A DNA stretch of 64,000 bases from an uncultured Verrucomicrobiae bacterium (GCA_963769025.1 CAVYKI010000010.1:1-64000), one strand, 5' to 3'. Shown: positions 49,033-59,821, counted from the stretch's first letter. A program made the numbers and translations. The notes: a model not told the origin generated them from the sequence alone.

Positions 49033-52000
49033 TCAGTTCACGTAGGCCGCTTCGTTCGCGAAGAGCAGCGCGTGGGCGTAGGCCTCCCACGGTTGCAATG
49101 GCTTCCGCTCGACGATCGTGCCCTTGTTCTGGACGGCGCGCCTCGCGTCGTTATCGCGTTTCGCGATGTCATCGACGCGCTTCTGGATCTCCGCGTTCTT
49201 CTTCGCGATTTCCGGTGCCGTTGCGTCCACCTCGGCTTGCTTGGCCTTTTCCTTCTGGACGAAGTTGACTCCGAATTCGATCTCCTTCGGCAGCGGCTGG
49301 CGCTGGAACATGATGCGGTAGAGCGCGAAGACGCGGCGGAGATCGTTGTCAGCGCGTTGGAATTCGCTGCGGGCGACTACGCGGCGCGCCACATCCACGG
49401 CGAGCGGGCTATTCATCAGGAAGAGCGCCTGCTGCGGAACGATGGTGGTCGTGCGCTTCGAGTTCGGCATGTCGGGATCGCTGAAGTCGAAGTGCGACAT
49501 GAGCTCAGGCAGATTCCCGCGGTCAATGTAACCGTAGATGCTGCGACGATAGCTGTAGGGCTCGTCGGTGATATTGACGGGCTGACCTCCCATCGTCGGG
49601 TCAAGGCGGCCGGACATGGCGAGCAGCGAATCGCGGAATGATTCGAAGTCGAGGCGGCGGACGTTTGCGCGCCAGAGGAGGCGGTTGTCCGGCTCGAGGG
49701 TTTCGTAATCGGGGCGGGTGTAGCTGCTCTCCTGGTAGACGCGCGAGAGCATGATGAACTTGTGCAGCCGCTTGATGCTCCAATTTGCACCGTTCTCGCT
49801 GATAAACCATCCGGCGAGGTACTCGAGCAATTCGGGATGGGAGGGCTTCTCGCTCATCACGCCGAGGTCATCGGGCGTGCGCACGAAGCCTTCGCCGAAG
49901 TGCTGCAGCCACACGCGATTCACGAGGACGCGCGGAGTGAGCGGATTGTCGTTGTCGGCGATTGCCTTGGCGAGTTCCAGACGACCGCTGCCGGACTTGA
50001 ACTCCAGACGCTTGCCAGTCGGGCTCAGGATGCTGAGGAAGCCGCGAGGCACTGCGCCACCGGGGGTTCCCTGCTGTCCGCGGATCAGGAGCTGCGAGTT
50101 TTGCGGGCTGGACTTGTCCAGCATCACCATTGCGCGCGGAGTGGCGCCAGGATGGCTGAGTTCGAGGTCGTTGATTTTCGCGAACACAAAGCGCGCACGC
50201 CCGGTCATCTGATTGTTCCAAGTGCCGATGGCGTCGCGAATCCACGGAATGGTCGCGTTCGGAGCCGTGACGAGGGCAAACGGGCCTGAGAGAAACTCGA
50301 TCTCGGCAGGCGTGTATCCGGTGACCGTGTCGCCGGTGGCGTCTTTAAACGCCGGGATGAAGGTTCTCAGCTTCGGTGCCATGCGCCTGACGAGACCTTC
50401 GTAGGTCGCGAGCACCTCATACATCGATTTCGGCCTCGCCGTGGTGAGTTCATCCACGACGATCTGGTTGTAGCGGCCGCTCTTCTGAATCTCCTTCAGC
50501 ACGCCTTCGCTGCGGGATTCGAAGTTGCCGTCACCCAGATCCGCAAACTTCCTCAGCGGACCGTAAACGGGATGGTTCTGATTCAGGACGCGTTGGAAGA
50601 AGTTTGCGAAATTCACGTCGAGCGAGGCCTGCTTGACGAGGTCCAGTCGCGCCTGGAGGTTCGCTGCATCCCTCCGCCCGCTGAGCAGTCCGGCCTGCAG
50701 GTACTCGTTGGGTTTGCCTTGGAAAAGGCTCAGCCAGTGCTCCACCTCACGGTAGTAAACATCGCGGTTCTCCTTCACCACTGCGGCGATCTTTTGCTCG
50801 TAGTCGAGTTTCAGCGCCGGGTCGGGCATCGCGATCATCGGCTTTAGCGCCGGTTCCTCGCTGCTGGCGAAGACACCGTGCAAGGCGTAGTAATCCGCCT
50901 GCGGAATCGGGTCGAACATGTGGTCGTGGCACCGGGCGCAAGAAACCGTGATGCCGAGGAATCCCTTGGAAACGACATCGATTCGGTCATCGATCGTGTC
51001 GTTGAGATTATTGTGGCGCATCCCGACGGTGAGGAACCCGAGCGCGGCGAGATTCGGGCTGCCTTGGGTTTCCTTGCCCGCGGAACGCTGGCCGGAGGCG
51101 CTCATCATCATCATGCCATCGGCACCCATCATCGCGGGCTCCACCGGAGCTGCGGGAGCCATCGGTGCGCCAGGTGCGGCGGGATTGACGGCAGTTCCCT
51201 TGGCCATGAGGAGCGGATCCGCTTTTTTCAATCCGGCTGTCTTGGCAGCGGTGGCCGCAGGCTTCGGCGTCGCAACCGGTGCATCCGCCAGCGACGAAGC
51301 GGCGACCGGCTGTACGGGATAAAGCAGGTCGGCTGCGAGTTGCTCGACGATGAACTGGTTGTACGGCTTGTCCTCATTGAACGCACGGACGACGTAATCG
51401 CGATAGGTCCATGCATTCGCGTAGCGGTAGTCGAGCCGCCCATTGTTCACATTTGCATCGCCACCAATGGTATCAGCGTAGCGGGCGGAATTCAGCCAAT
51501 AGCGCGCCCAGCGCTCACCGTAGTGTGGGCTCGCGAGCAGGCGGTCGATCACTTTCTCCCAAGCGTTCGGTGCGCGGTCAGCGAGGAAGGCTTCGATTTC
51601 AGCAGGGCTCGGCGGCAGGCCGATGAGATCGTAGTATGCACGGCGGAGGAGAATTTCCCTATTCGCATCGGGCGAAGGCAGCATTCCCTTGGCTTCCAGC
51701 TTTTGGAGAACATAGGCGTCAATCGGCGTGCGGCACCACTGCTGATTCTTATTGGCCGGAATCGCCCGTTTCGGATTGTACGGCTTGATCGGCTGATATG
51801 CCCAGTGATGGCGGGCTGAATCATTCAGGCCGCTAAGCTTGGTAGCTTTGGCAGCTTCCTTGCGGGGATCTGGCGCGCCCATCTTGATCCACTCCGCGAC
51901 ATCGGCGATCTGCTTGGCGTCCAACTTGCCACCGCTGCTTGATGGCGGCATTTCCATATCCGGATCCGTATACAGGATCGCCTTGTAAATGAGCGACTCC

Positions 52001-52251
52001 TCGGGCTTTCCCGGAACGATACCAGGCCCAGTATCGCCACCTTTTCTAGTTTCCGCTGCGGTGTCCAGCAAGAGGCCACCTTTCATTTTTCCGGCTTCAC
52101 CACTGTGGCATTTGTAGCATTTTTCGCTCAGAAGTGGGCGAATCTTACCCTCGAAAAAGTCGAGCTGCTCTTTGGTTGGCTCGTCTGCGAAAGCAGGGAA
52201 CGCAAGGGCGAGCGCTCCGGCGAGGATGAAGGCGGGTTTGGATTTGCTCAT
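49033..52251 (-). CDS. Planctomycete cytochrome c plus DUF1549 (PSCyt2) plus DUF1553 (PSD1) protein
   Basis: CYKCH haem motif, HWAYQP, LLRRAYYDLIGLPP, YGERWAR, CARCHDH.FDPI, NPLTPRVLVNRVW, PSHPELL, PQQALFLMN. Confidence 0.95.
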   Translation of the reverse strand: MSKSKPAFILAGALALAFPAFADEPTKEQLDFFEGKIRPLLSEKCYKCHSGEAGKMKGGLLLDTAAETRKGGDTGPGIVPGKPEESLIYKAILYTDPDMEMPPSSSGGKLDAKQIADVAEWIKMGAPDPRKEAAKATKLSGLNDSARHHWAYQPIKPYNPKRAIPANKNQQWCRTPIDAYVLQKLEAKGMLPSPDANREILLRRAYYDLIGLPPSPAEIEAFLADRAPNAWEKVIDRLLASPHYGERWARYWLNSARYADTIGGDANVNNGRLDYRYANAWTYRDYVVRAFNEDKPYNQFIVEQLAADLLYPVQPVAASSLADAPVATPKPAATAAKTAGLKKADPLLMAKGTAVNPAAPGAPMAPAAPVEPAMMGADGMMMMSASGQRSAGKETQGSPNLAALGFLTVGMRHNNLNDTIDDRIDVVSKGFLGITVSCARCHDHMFDPIPQADYYALHGVFASSEEPALKPMIAMPDPALKLDYEQKIAAVVKENRDVYYREVEHWLSLFQGKPNEYLQAGLLSGRRDAANLQARLDLVKQASLDVNFANFFQRVLNQNHPVYGPLRKFADLGDGNFESRSEGVLKEIQKSGRYNQIVVDELTTARPKSMYEVLATYEGLVRRMAPKLRTFIPAFKDATGDTVTGYTPAEIEFLSGPFALVTAPNATIPWIRDAIGTWNNQMTGRARFVFAKINDLELSHPGATPRAMVMLDKSSPQNSQLLIRGQQGTPGGAVPRGFLSILSPTGKRLEFKSGSGRLELAKAIADNDNPLTPRVLVNRVWLQHFGEGFVRTPDDLGVMSEKPSHPELLEYLAGWFISENGANWSIKRLHKFIMLSRVYQESSYTRPDYETLEPDNRLLWRANVRRLDFESFRDSLLAMSGRLDPTMGGQPVNITDEPYSYRRSIYGYIDRGNLPELMSHFDFSDPDMPNSKRTTTIVPQQALFLMNSPLAVDVARRVVARSEFQRADNDLRRVFALYRIMFQRQPLPKEIEFGVNFVQKEKAKQAEVDATAPEIAKKNAEIQKRVDDIAKRDNDARRAVQNKGTIVERKPLQPWEAYAHALLFANEAAYVN

Positions 52252-52328
52252 GGTTGAAGGAACGAGGGTTGAATAACGAGGGTAGTTTGGCGCGCCCCGG
52301 CAGGGGAATCAATGTGGAATTTGGAACG

Positions 52329-52372
52329 AAAAGGAAAGCGCCCGCCGGAGGCCTCGGCTTCCGGCGGGCGCT
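52329..52372 (-). terminator. Rho-independent terminator downstream of the DUF1501 gene
   Basis: Stem AGCGCCCGCCGGAGGCC/GGCTTCCGGCGGGCGCT; the - strand continues TTCCTTTT. Confidence 0.75.
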
Positions 52373-52400
52373 GAGCAGAATGATGTCTGTGCGTCCGCGG

Positions 52401-53840
52401 TTAGCCGATGAGCGCCTTGACCACTTTTCCGTAGTTGTCGGTGAAGCGGAAGTCGCGACCATTGTAGCGATAGGTCAGCTTCTCGTGATCGAAACCAAGC
52501 AGCGCCAGTTGCGTCGCGTGCAGATCGTGGACATGGACTTTGTTTTCGACAGCCTTCGCGCCGAACTCGTCGGTCGCGCCATAGGCCTGACCGCCCTTGA
52601 CGCCGCCACCGGCCATCCATGCGACCATTGCGCGACCGTTATGGTCGCGACCCGGGGTTGCGCTGCCGGCACCGTCCGCGGTGACAGTGCGCCCGAATTC
52701 GCCGCCCCAGATGATGAGCGTCGAATCGAGCAAGCCGCGCTGCTTGAGGTCCTTGATGAGGGCTGCAGCCGGCGTGTCGATCGCGCCGGCGGTGCGGGGC
52801 AGGCCGGTTTCGATGTTGGCGTGCATGTCCCAGCCGCCGGCTTCGACTTGCACGAAGCGGACACCGCGTTCAACGAGGCGGCGGGCCACAAGCAACTTCG
52901 CGCCGAGATCGGTCTTCCCGTAGGACTCCTGGATGTCATCGGGTTCCTTGGTGATATCGAAGGCTTCCGTGGCCTCGGTCTGCATCTTGAACGCCATTTC
53001 AAACGACTCAATGCGTGCTTCGAGCTGCGCATCCTTTTGCAGCGCCTGGGCGTGCATCGTGTTGAGCGTCTTGACGAGATCGAGTTGACGGCGCTGGCGT
53101 TCCATCGGGCTGAACTGGTTACGGATGTTCAGGATGACGTTGTCGAGATTCATCCCGCGCGAGTAGTTCACGTTCACGCCTTGGTACGTACCGGGCAGGA
53201 AGGACGACTGGCGCCATTCAGGACGACCGCCGATGGTAACGAAGCCGGGCATGTTCTGGTTGTCCGTGCCGAGGCCGTAAACCACCCACGAACCGAAGGA
53301 CGGCTTGGGAAGCTGGAGCGAACCGGTGTGCATGAAGCGCTGGGCGACTTCGTGCGCCGGTATGTCCGTCCACAGCGAGCGGATGACCGCGATGTCGTCG
53401 ATGAGTTCGCCGAGCTTCGGGAATACCTCGGAGACTTCCACGCCGCTCTTGCCCATCTTCGGGAACTTGAACGGCGAACCAAACGCGAGCCCACCGTGCC
53501 CGGGGATGGTCTTGCCACTGTACTTCGTCAATTCCGGCTTCGGATCCCACGTATCCACCTGCGTGGGTCCACCCGATGCGAAAATGTGAATGATGTGCTT
53601 CGCCTTCGCGGCGAAGTGCGGGCTCTTGGGTGCGAGCGGCCCGGCGATCTTTGCAGCGCCGGGGTTCAGCGCGGAAGCCCCTTCTGCCCAAGGATTGATC
53701 CCGAAAACTCCCGCCAAGCTCATTGCACCGAAGCCCATTCCGGTGCGTTGCAGGAATTGGCGACGGGTAAAGATGATGTCGTCCGCCGACGGAGTGTGTT
53801 CGCGGATGTATTTTTCGCTGGGTTGAATGGGACTGCTCAT
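52401..53840 (-). CDS. DUF1501 domain protein with a Tat-like signal
   Basis: TRRQFL, GGPTQVDTWDPKP, ARRLVERGVRFV, WGGEFGRT, GRDHN, HVHDLHAT. Confidence 0.95.
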   Translation of the reverse strand: MSSPIQPSEKYIREHTPSADDIIFTRRQFLQRTGMGFGAMSLAGVFGINPWAEGASALNPGAAKIAGPLAPKSPHFAAKAKHIIHIFASGGPTQVDTWDPKPELTKYSGKTIPGHGGLAFGSPFKFPKMGKSGVEVSEVFPKLGELIDDIAVIRSLWTDIPAHEVAQRFMHTGSLQLPKPSFGSWVVYGLGTDNQNMPGFVTIGGRPEWRQSSFLPGTYQGVNVNYSRGMNLDNVILNIRNQFSPMERQRRQLDLVKTLNTMHAQALQKDAQLEARIESFEMAFKMQTEATEAFDITKEPDDIQESYGKTDLGAKLLVARRLVERGVRFVQVEAGGWDMHANIETGLPRTAGAIDTPAAALIKDLKQRGLLDSTLIIWGGEFGRTVTADGAGSATPGRDHNGRAMVAWMAGGGVKGGQAYGATDEFGAKAVENKVHVHDLHATQLALLGFDHEKLTYRYNGRDFRFTDNYGKVVKALIG

Positions 53841-54038
53841 GGTGGATTTCTGGGTTTGTTGGATTGAATTAACGTGGCGAACCGGGCGTGGATTTCCCGG
53901 TTATTTCGGATTCCTACACCGTGTATATCGGTTGGCTAGCAAAATGTGAGCATTTTTAAAAAAATTTCATCGCTCCCAATCGGCACCGAATCGGTCGTCG
54001 TGGAGCAACCGGACCACCCCCCCCGGGGCGCACCAGTC

Positions 54039-54755
54039 TCAACGGTTCAGTTTCGCAAGCACTTCGGGATCGCGCACGTCGGCCCACTCGCCCGAAAGTT
54101 CGATGACCCGCACCGTCATTCCGCTCTGCGCGAGGTCGCGGATCGCGTCCGTGAGTTCATACTCGCCGCGCGGTGAGAGCTTCAGCCGCGCCGTGAATTC
54201 GAAGATGGAAGGCCGGAATGTGTAAACCCCGGTGTTGTACCACGGACTGGGCGCGGGGCCTGCGGGTTTTTCGATGAGGTCCGTGAGTTCGAATCGTTCG
54301 TTCACGACGACGCACCCGCCTTTGGCGATCTCGCCGGCGTTGTGCTTCACCGTCACGATTCCCTCTGCCCCCGCGAGGTCGGTGAGGCGCACGTAGTTGG
54401 CCGGGTTGATCAAAATATCACCGTAGCTGAGGATGAACGGATCTTCGCCGGCGAACCCCTTCGCGAGTTCCACAACGCGCCCCGTGCCGTCCTGCACCAC
54501 TTGGGTTGCATAAGAAATACGCACACCGAACTTCGACCCGTCTTCAAAGAATGCGCGCACCACGTCCGCGCGGTAGCCGACGACGATGCAAAAATCCGTG
54601 ATCCCGGCAGCCTTCAATCCCTCAACGATGTGCAGCAGGATGGGCTTGCCGCGGACCTCCAGCATCGGCTTCGGAAGTTCATTCGTGAGCTCCTTCATGC
54701 GCGTGCCTTTGCCCGCGGCGAGTAGCACGGCTTTGGTGACTTTTGTGGCGTTCAC
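54039..54755 (-). CDS. Sugar-phosphate nucleotidyltransferase
   Basis: AVLLAAGKGTRM..LT..LPKPML, YGD, EKP, SPRGEYELTDA; GTG start overlaps the upstream stop. Confidence 0.92.
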   Translation of the reverse strand: MNATKVTKAVLLAAGKGTRMKELTNELPKPMLEVRGKPILLHIVEGLKAAGITDFCIVVGYRADVVRAFFEDGSKFGVRISYATQVVQDGTGRVVELAKGFAGEDPFILSYGDILINPANYVRLTDLAGAEGIVTVKHNAGEIAKGGCVVVNERFELTDLIEKPAGPAPSPWYNTGVYTFRPSIFEFTARLKLSPRGEYELTDAIRDLAQSGMTVRVIELSGEWADVRDPEVLAKLNR

Positions 54756-55925
54756 TTGCGGGCCTCCGTCACAAATTCCGCCATGCGCTCCATCGCGATT
54801 TTTATCTTCTCCAACGAGGTCGCGTAGCTGCACCGCACGTGGCCTTCGCCGCTCACGCCGAATGCCGGCCCCGGCACGCAGGCGACCTTTTTCTCCTGCA
54901 GCAGGCGCAGCGAAAATTCCTTGCTCGTGAGCCCCGTGCTCCGGATGTCCGGGAAGACATAGAACGCCCCGAGTGGCTTGAAGCACGGCAGCCCCATGTC
55001 GTTCAGGCTTCGCACGATGAAATTCCGCCGCGCCTCGTATTCTTTTCGCATCATCGCCACGTCGCCTTCGCCGCTTTCGAGCGCCTCGATCGCCGCGTCC
55101 TGCGCCATCGTGTTGGCGCACAGGATCGCGTACTGGTGGACCTTCATCATCGCCTCGGTCAGCGCCGGCGGCGCGCACGCGTAGCCGACGCGAAATCCCG
55201 TCATCGCAAACGCCTTCGAGAACCCGTGCAGAAACACCGTCCGCTCGCGCATGTGCGGCAGCGCCGCGATGCTCACATGCTTGCCGCCGTCGTACGTCAG
55301 TTCGCTGTAGATTTCGTCGGTCAGCACCACGAGATCGTGCTTCACGCACAGCGCCGCGATTTTCTCCAGCTCCTCGCGCGTCTGCGTGGCGCCCGTCGGG
55401 TTGCAGGGAAAATTCATCATCAGCACCTTCGAACGCGGCGTGATCAGCTTCGCGAGTTCCTCCGCGGTCATGCGGAAATTGTCCTTCGCAAAAGTCGGCA
55501 CCGCCACCGGCACGCCGTGCGCGAGCACCACGCTCGGGCTGTAGCTCACGTAGCATGGCTCGTGGTAGAGCACCTCATCGCCGGGGTTCAAAAGCGCGCG
55601 CAGGGCGAGATCGATCGCCTCGCTCACGCCGACCGTCACGATGATCTCCGTCGCCGGATCGTAGCCGACGTGGAAATGTTTCTGCACATACTGCGCGATC
55701 CGCTCGCGCAATTTCGGCAGCCCGAGGTTGCTCGTGTAGCCCGTGTGCCCGCGCTCGAGCCCGTAGATGGCCGCCTCGCGGATGCGCCAGGGCGTGTGAA
55801 AGTCCGGCTCGCCGATGCCGAGCGAGATCACGTCCGCCATCGTCTGGACGATCTCGAAGAAGTCGCGGATCCCCGAGCGCGGGAATGTCGCGCACATGGT
55901 CTGCGATGTATTTGCTGGAAGTCAT
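54752..55925 (-). CDS. Class I/II PLP-dependent aminotransferase, frameshift near 55890
   Basis: SGIRDFF, SLGIGEPDF, PCNPTG, DEIY, GFSKAFAMTGFRVG, GAFY. Confidence 0.9.
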
Positions 55926-56157
55926 ATGAAAATTTCTGATTGGTGATTTCTGATTTCTGGTTTGGACGAAACCGCCCGCGTGGTTTTGGACGGAGGAGCC
56001 GTGCGCGAGGTGCAGTCAGCAGGCACAGGGAAAAGCCTGTGCCGCCATGCGGGAACGCACGGCTACCAAGCTCGCGCGCCGCAAATCCGAAATCCGAAAT
56101 CCGAGCCGAGCGAAGCGAGACCGCCGTGGGCGAAGGCGGGGCAACTCTGAAATGCTC

Positions 56158-56637
56158 TCATGGCGCCACCGAAAGCCGCTCCGGGCCGGTCTCCTTTTTC
56201 AGCTCCACGCCATTCTCCTTGTAAGCCCGCAGGCGAAAATGCGTCGCCGTGGAAATGACGCCCTTTTGCGTGCTCAGCTTCTCCGACACGAAGCCCGCGA
56301 CCTCGTGCAGATTCGGCCCCTCGACCACGACCATCAGGTCATATCCACCGCTCATCAGGTAGCAGCTCTGCACCTCGGGAAATTTGGAAATGCGCTCCGC
56401 CAGCTTGTTGAAGCCGCCATCCCGCTCCGGCGTGAGCTTCACCTCGATCACCGCCGTCACACGTTCCTTCGCCGTCTTCTCCGGATCCACGATCGCCTGA
56501 TAGCCGAGCACGACGCCGTCGTTCTCCAGCTTCTCGATGCGCGCGACCACATCCGTCTCGCTGAGGCCCGAAGCCTTCGCGAGATCGGCGATGGAAGCGC
56601 GCGCATTTTTGCGCAGGAGCGGCAGGATCATGTCCAT
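56158..56637 (-). CDS. Lrp/AsnC family transcriptional regulator
   Basis: NARASIADLA..GLS..V.ARIEKLE.DGV..GY, CYLMSGGYDL, STATHF. Confidence 0.92.
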   Translation of the reverse strand: MDMILPLLRKNARASIADLAKASGLSETDVVARIEKLENDGVVLGYQAIVDPEKTAKERVTAVIEVKLTPERDGGFNKLAERISKFPEVQSCYLMSGGYDLMVVVEGPNLHEVAGFVSEKLSTQKGVISTATHFRLRAYKENGVELKKETGPERLSVAP

Positions 56638-56744
56638 TTTGGAAAAAAGCGGGCGCCACGTCTCGCGTGCGCAGCCGGTGCGGGCAAGCGAAAATGCGGC
56701 AGCCGCCGCAAATGGGTTCGTTTGGCAAAAATCGCATTTCGCAT

Positions 56745-56890
56745 TCACCCCCGGTCGGCGACCTCCACGGAAAGCGGTGCGGGGATCCCCTCGCCCTGGC
56801 GCATCCGCTGCACGCGTTCGAGCTGCGCCATCGCCCGATACATCTGCCGTTCCAGCTTCGTCTCGTAGCGCAGGATTTTGTCGAGCGTCG
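56745..56890 (-). pseudogene. Orphan C-terminal fragment of a hypothetical protein
   Basis: Reads LDKILRYETKLERQMYRAMAQLERVQRMRQGEGIPAPLSVEV with no recognisable start or N-terminus. Confidence 0.45.
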
Positions 56891-57071
56891 GCCCAGCTTC
56901 GCAGCACGCAGGTAGCGGAGCGCTATCCAGTCCCGGCGTTGCTCATGATTCCAGTGGCGCGGGGCTGTAGCAGCGCCGCGAAGAATTGGCGAGTGCAGTC
57001 TCAGCCGTGTTCCCCCAGCAGCATCGCACCGGTGCAGACATTCAGCCGATGCGGCTCTTGGATCGCGCCGT

Positions 57072-58583
57072 TCACGCTCCGAGCGCCGCGCGGGTGCGCT
57101 TCACGAGATCGTTGTCCTTGTCGCCGGAACCTCTCAGGTAAAACGCGCTCGCGGCCAGCATCCGGTCGCGCCACGGCGGCGTGAGGGACTCACAGTCCTC
57201 AAGCACGGCGGCGCTGAACTTGTAATCATGCGAGTTGGTGCCCTTGAGGAAGATCAGCCTGCGCGCAGCCTCGGCGATCGGTCGCGGGCTTTGATGCTCC
57301 TTGAGGTAGCCAAGAATCTTTCGCGCCGCGGTGAGGCGATCCTTGCTCACGTCGGCGAAGATTTCCGCGACCGCCTCATCGCCCTTCGCCGCAGGCGTGA
57401 GCGGCTCCAGCGTGTCGATGTGGAGTCCCGTGTCCTTCCGGTCGCCGCGGAAAAGCGGGAGGAGCGCGGCATTCTGGAGCAGAAGCAGGCGCCGCGTCCC
57501 GTCGCTCTGGGTCCGGTGCCACGCATAGTGAATGGCATTGGTGAACGTCGTCGCGTGGAGGGAGAGAATCCCGGGCGCTTGCATCAGCAACTCGCCTGCG
57601 GATTGGAAAAGCGCGTCGAAGACCGATTGAGGCGCGACTCCCTGGTTCAGCAGTTTCAGCGTCACAGCGCTCGCATCGTCCGCGCCCCCGGTGCGGATCG
57701 CTTGACACAGATCAGCGCTCGCTTCCGCGCTGGGTTTGCCGGAGAGCCAGTCCTCCCGCACCTGCTTCATGTTCCCGAGGTTCTGGCGGAACGGACGATC
57801 CGCCGCGAGGTCGGCCTTCGCCGGATTCTCCTTCGCGCCGCCGCGGTCGAGCAGTGCGTACGCAAGCGAGCGGAGCACCGGCTCGGCATGGTGCCAGCCG
57901 ATCGCCTCCAAAGTGCGGAAGCTGTTCGCGACATAGATCGCCTTGTGCCCGATGTCGCGGAAGTCACGCGCGCCATACCGGCAGAAGACATCGAACAGCT
58001 CATTCGCGCCCGCGGCCCGGGCGAACCCGACCACCGCTGCGTCCGCCGCAGCTTCGTCCCAGTTTTCCATCGCCTCGATGAACGCCTGCCGGGCGCGGTG
58101 ATTCGGTGGCACAACCGCTTCATCCACCGGCTCCATCGTCCAATTGCCCTCGCGCACGTCCGCCGCCTGCGAACTCTTGAACTGATCGATCGCCCAGAAG
58201 ATCGGCAGCCAGCGGTCGCGATCCGCCGAGGCGAGGCTGGCGATGTGGGCTGAGTTGATGACGAGCACCGCGTGGAATTTGAATCCGACGGGCCGCGGCT
58301 GAATGTTCCGGACGCCCGCCAGCAACAGCGCTGCAAGAACTTCGCGGTAGCTCAGCCCGCGCTGGATTCGAGCGGCCACTTCCTCCAGCACACGCTCGCG
58401 TGGCCTGTCCTCCAGAAGCCGCACAAGCGGCTCGATGTCGGGATGGAAGCGGACCGTCCGCGGATCGATGGCCGCCTCCTGCGCAGTGACGGATGGGAGT
58501 CGCGAAAGAAAACCGAAATTGCCCAGCGCAACGACGGCTCCAGCACTGCTGGTCGATTTCAGGAAGGAACGACGGTCGATCAT
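57072..58583 (-). CDS. Tat-exported alpha-helical hypothetical protein
   Basis: MIDRRSFLK twin-arginine signal; GFKFH, IGHKAIY, HDYKF motifs. Confidence 0.8.
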   Translation of the reverse strand: MIDRRSFLKSTSSAGAVVALGNFGFLSRLPSVTAQEAAIDPRTVRFHPDIEPLVRLLEDRPRERVLEEVAARIQRGLSYREVLAALLLAGVRNIQPRPVGFKFHAVLVINSAHIASLASADRDRWLPIFWAIDQFKSSQAADVREGNWTMEPVDEAVVPPNHRARQAFIEAMENWDEAAADAAVVGFARAAGANELFDVFCRYGARDFRDIGHKAIYVANSFRTLEAIGWHHAEPVLRSLAYALLDRGGAKENPAKADLAADRPFRQNLGNMKQVREDWLSGKPSAEASADLCQAIRTGGADDASAVTLKLLNQGVAPQSVFDALFQSAGELLMQAPGILSLHATTFTNAIHYAWHRTQSDGTRRLLLLQNAALLPLFRGDRKDTGLHIDTLEPLTPAAKGDEAVAEIFADVSKDRLTAARKILGYLKEHQSPRPIAEAARRLIFLKGTNSHDYKFSAAVLEDCESLTPPWRDRMLAASAFYLRGSGDKDNDLVKRTRAALGA

Positions 58584-58694
58584 AAGATTACCTCCAAACG
58601 ATTTGTGGAACGAAGCTACCACCAAACACGCGCCGTGCGAGCGCCTTGATTTCGCTAAGGCAAATCCGAATGGTTCACCGGTCCTTCCCTCCGC

Positions 58695-58964
58695 GATGCG
58701 GACAGGCGAGTCCATCTGCGTCTCGAAGTCATAAACGTGGAATTCGTGAAATTCGTGGAAGTGGCCGAAGGCGATGAAGAGGCGGTCGAGGAAGCGCTGC
58801 GCCTGATCGTTGTCGTCTCATTCGGAGACGACCTGCGAAATGCCTCCGGGTTTTACGAACGCGCTCACGCGCGGGGCAGTCTCGTCGGCGGTGATGTGTG
58901 CCTTTGCCCATGCGGTGAAGGTGGCAAGTTTTTCGGGAGAGGAGCGCAGTTCAGCCGTGGCCAC
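58695..58964 (-). pseudogene. Decayed 5' fragment of an MmeI-like type IIG restriction-methylase (copy A)
   Basis: VATAELRSSPEKLATFTAWAKAHITADE...AQRFLDRLFIAFGH...EFHVYDFETQMDSPV, with frame breaks and an internal deletion. Confidence 0.65.
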
Positions 58965-59089
58965 AGGGCGGAGAGTGCCCGGGAGTCGGGAGCGTTTCAC
59001 GCCGTGGGGCGCGGCGTTCTCTTCGCGACAGCCCGTTTTGCGGACGATTTTCCCGGCCACAAGGCACGCTGGCCCGAATCCGTCTTAGA

Positions 59090-59248
59090 ATGAAACAACC
59101 TCCGACCCCCAATAAAGCCGGCGACAAGAAGCCCTCCGACCCCCGCGAAGACCCGAAAGCCCGCGACTCCCGCGGCAAGGCAAGCCGCGAGGAAGTGCGC
59201 AAGGTCCACAGCGTGCCCGCATCCCGCAAACCCGGGTCCCGCAAGTAG
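59090..59248 (+). CDS. Small basic, disordered hypothetical protein (52 aa)
   Basis: MKQPPTPNKAGDKKPSDPREDPKARDSRGKASREEVRKVHSVPASRKPGSRK; host-like codons. Confidence 0.4.
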   Translation: MKQPPTPNKAGDKKPSDPREDPKARDSRGKASREEVRKVHSVPASRKPGSRK

Positions 59249-59497
59249 CCGCCTCGCGGCTTGGCAAGGCGAACCCGCTTCGGATTACCGCGCGGGCAGC
59301 GTTGGGTCGCAGCACGGTAACGCGGTGCCGACGGAGAGCGGGACGTCGATGAGCGGGAGCTCGCAGTTGTCTTCGGTTCCTCGGGGACACGGGCCAGGAA
59401 CGGGTGCGGGCACGACACGGCGGGCAGGCCGGGGGGTCGCCCAGGGACCGATGGAAATCCGCTTGCGGGACCGAAGAAGATCAGGTTGCGTTGCGCA

Positions 59498-59821
59498 ATG
59501 TCCTTCCGAGGAGTCCAGTTTCAACGCTGTGCTTCGTTTTTGCGCCGCCGAAATGCGCAGTCTGCTGCCGTTCTCCTCGTGGCACTCACGGCATTCGTCC
59601 TCGCGGGCCGCGCGCAGGCTGCATTGTTGGTTTACGAAGGTTTTACCGGGTACACATCGGGCAGCAATTTGATCGGCCACACGGTCAGCGCCGACACGAT
59701 CGGACTCGACACCTCCGCTCAATGGAGCACGACACAACTTGGGGACCTCACCGTGCAGGCGTCGGGCCTTGCCCTTGGGAGCCTGATCGGATCGCCGGTC
59801 CGAAAATCCAGCAAACCATGA
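59498..59821 (+). pseudogene. Truncated N-terminus of a secreted (PEP-CTERM-type) protein
   Basis: Signal peptide plus AQAALLVYEGFTGYTSGSNLIG, ending abruptly at the ATGA overlap with the next gene. Confidence 0.5.
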
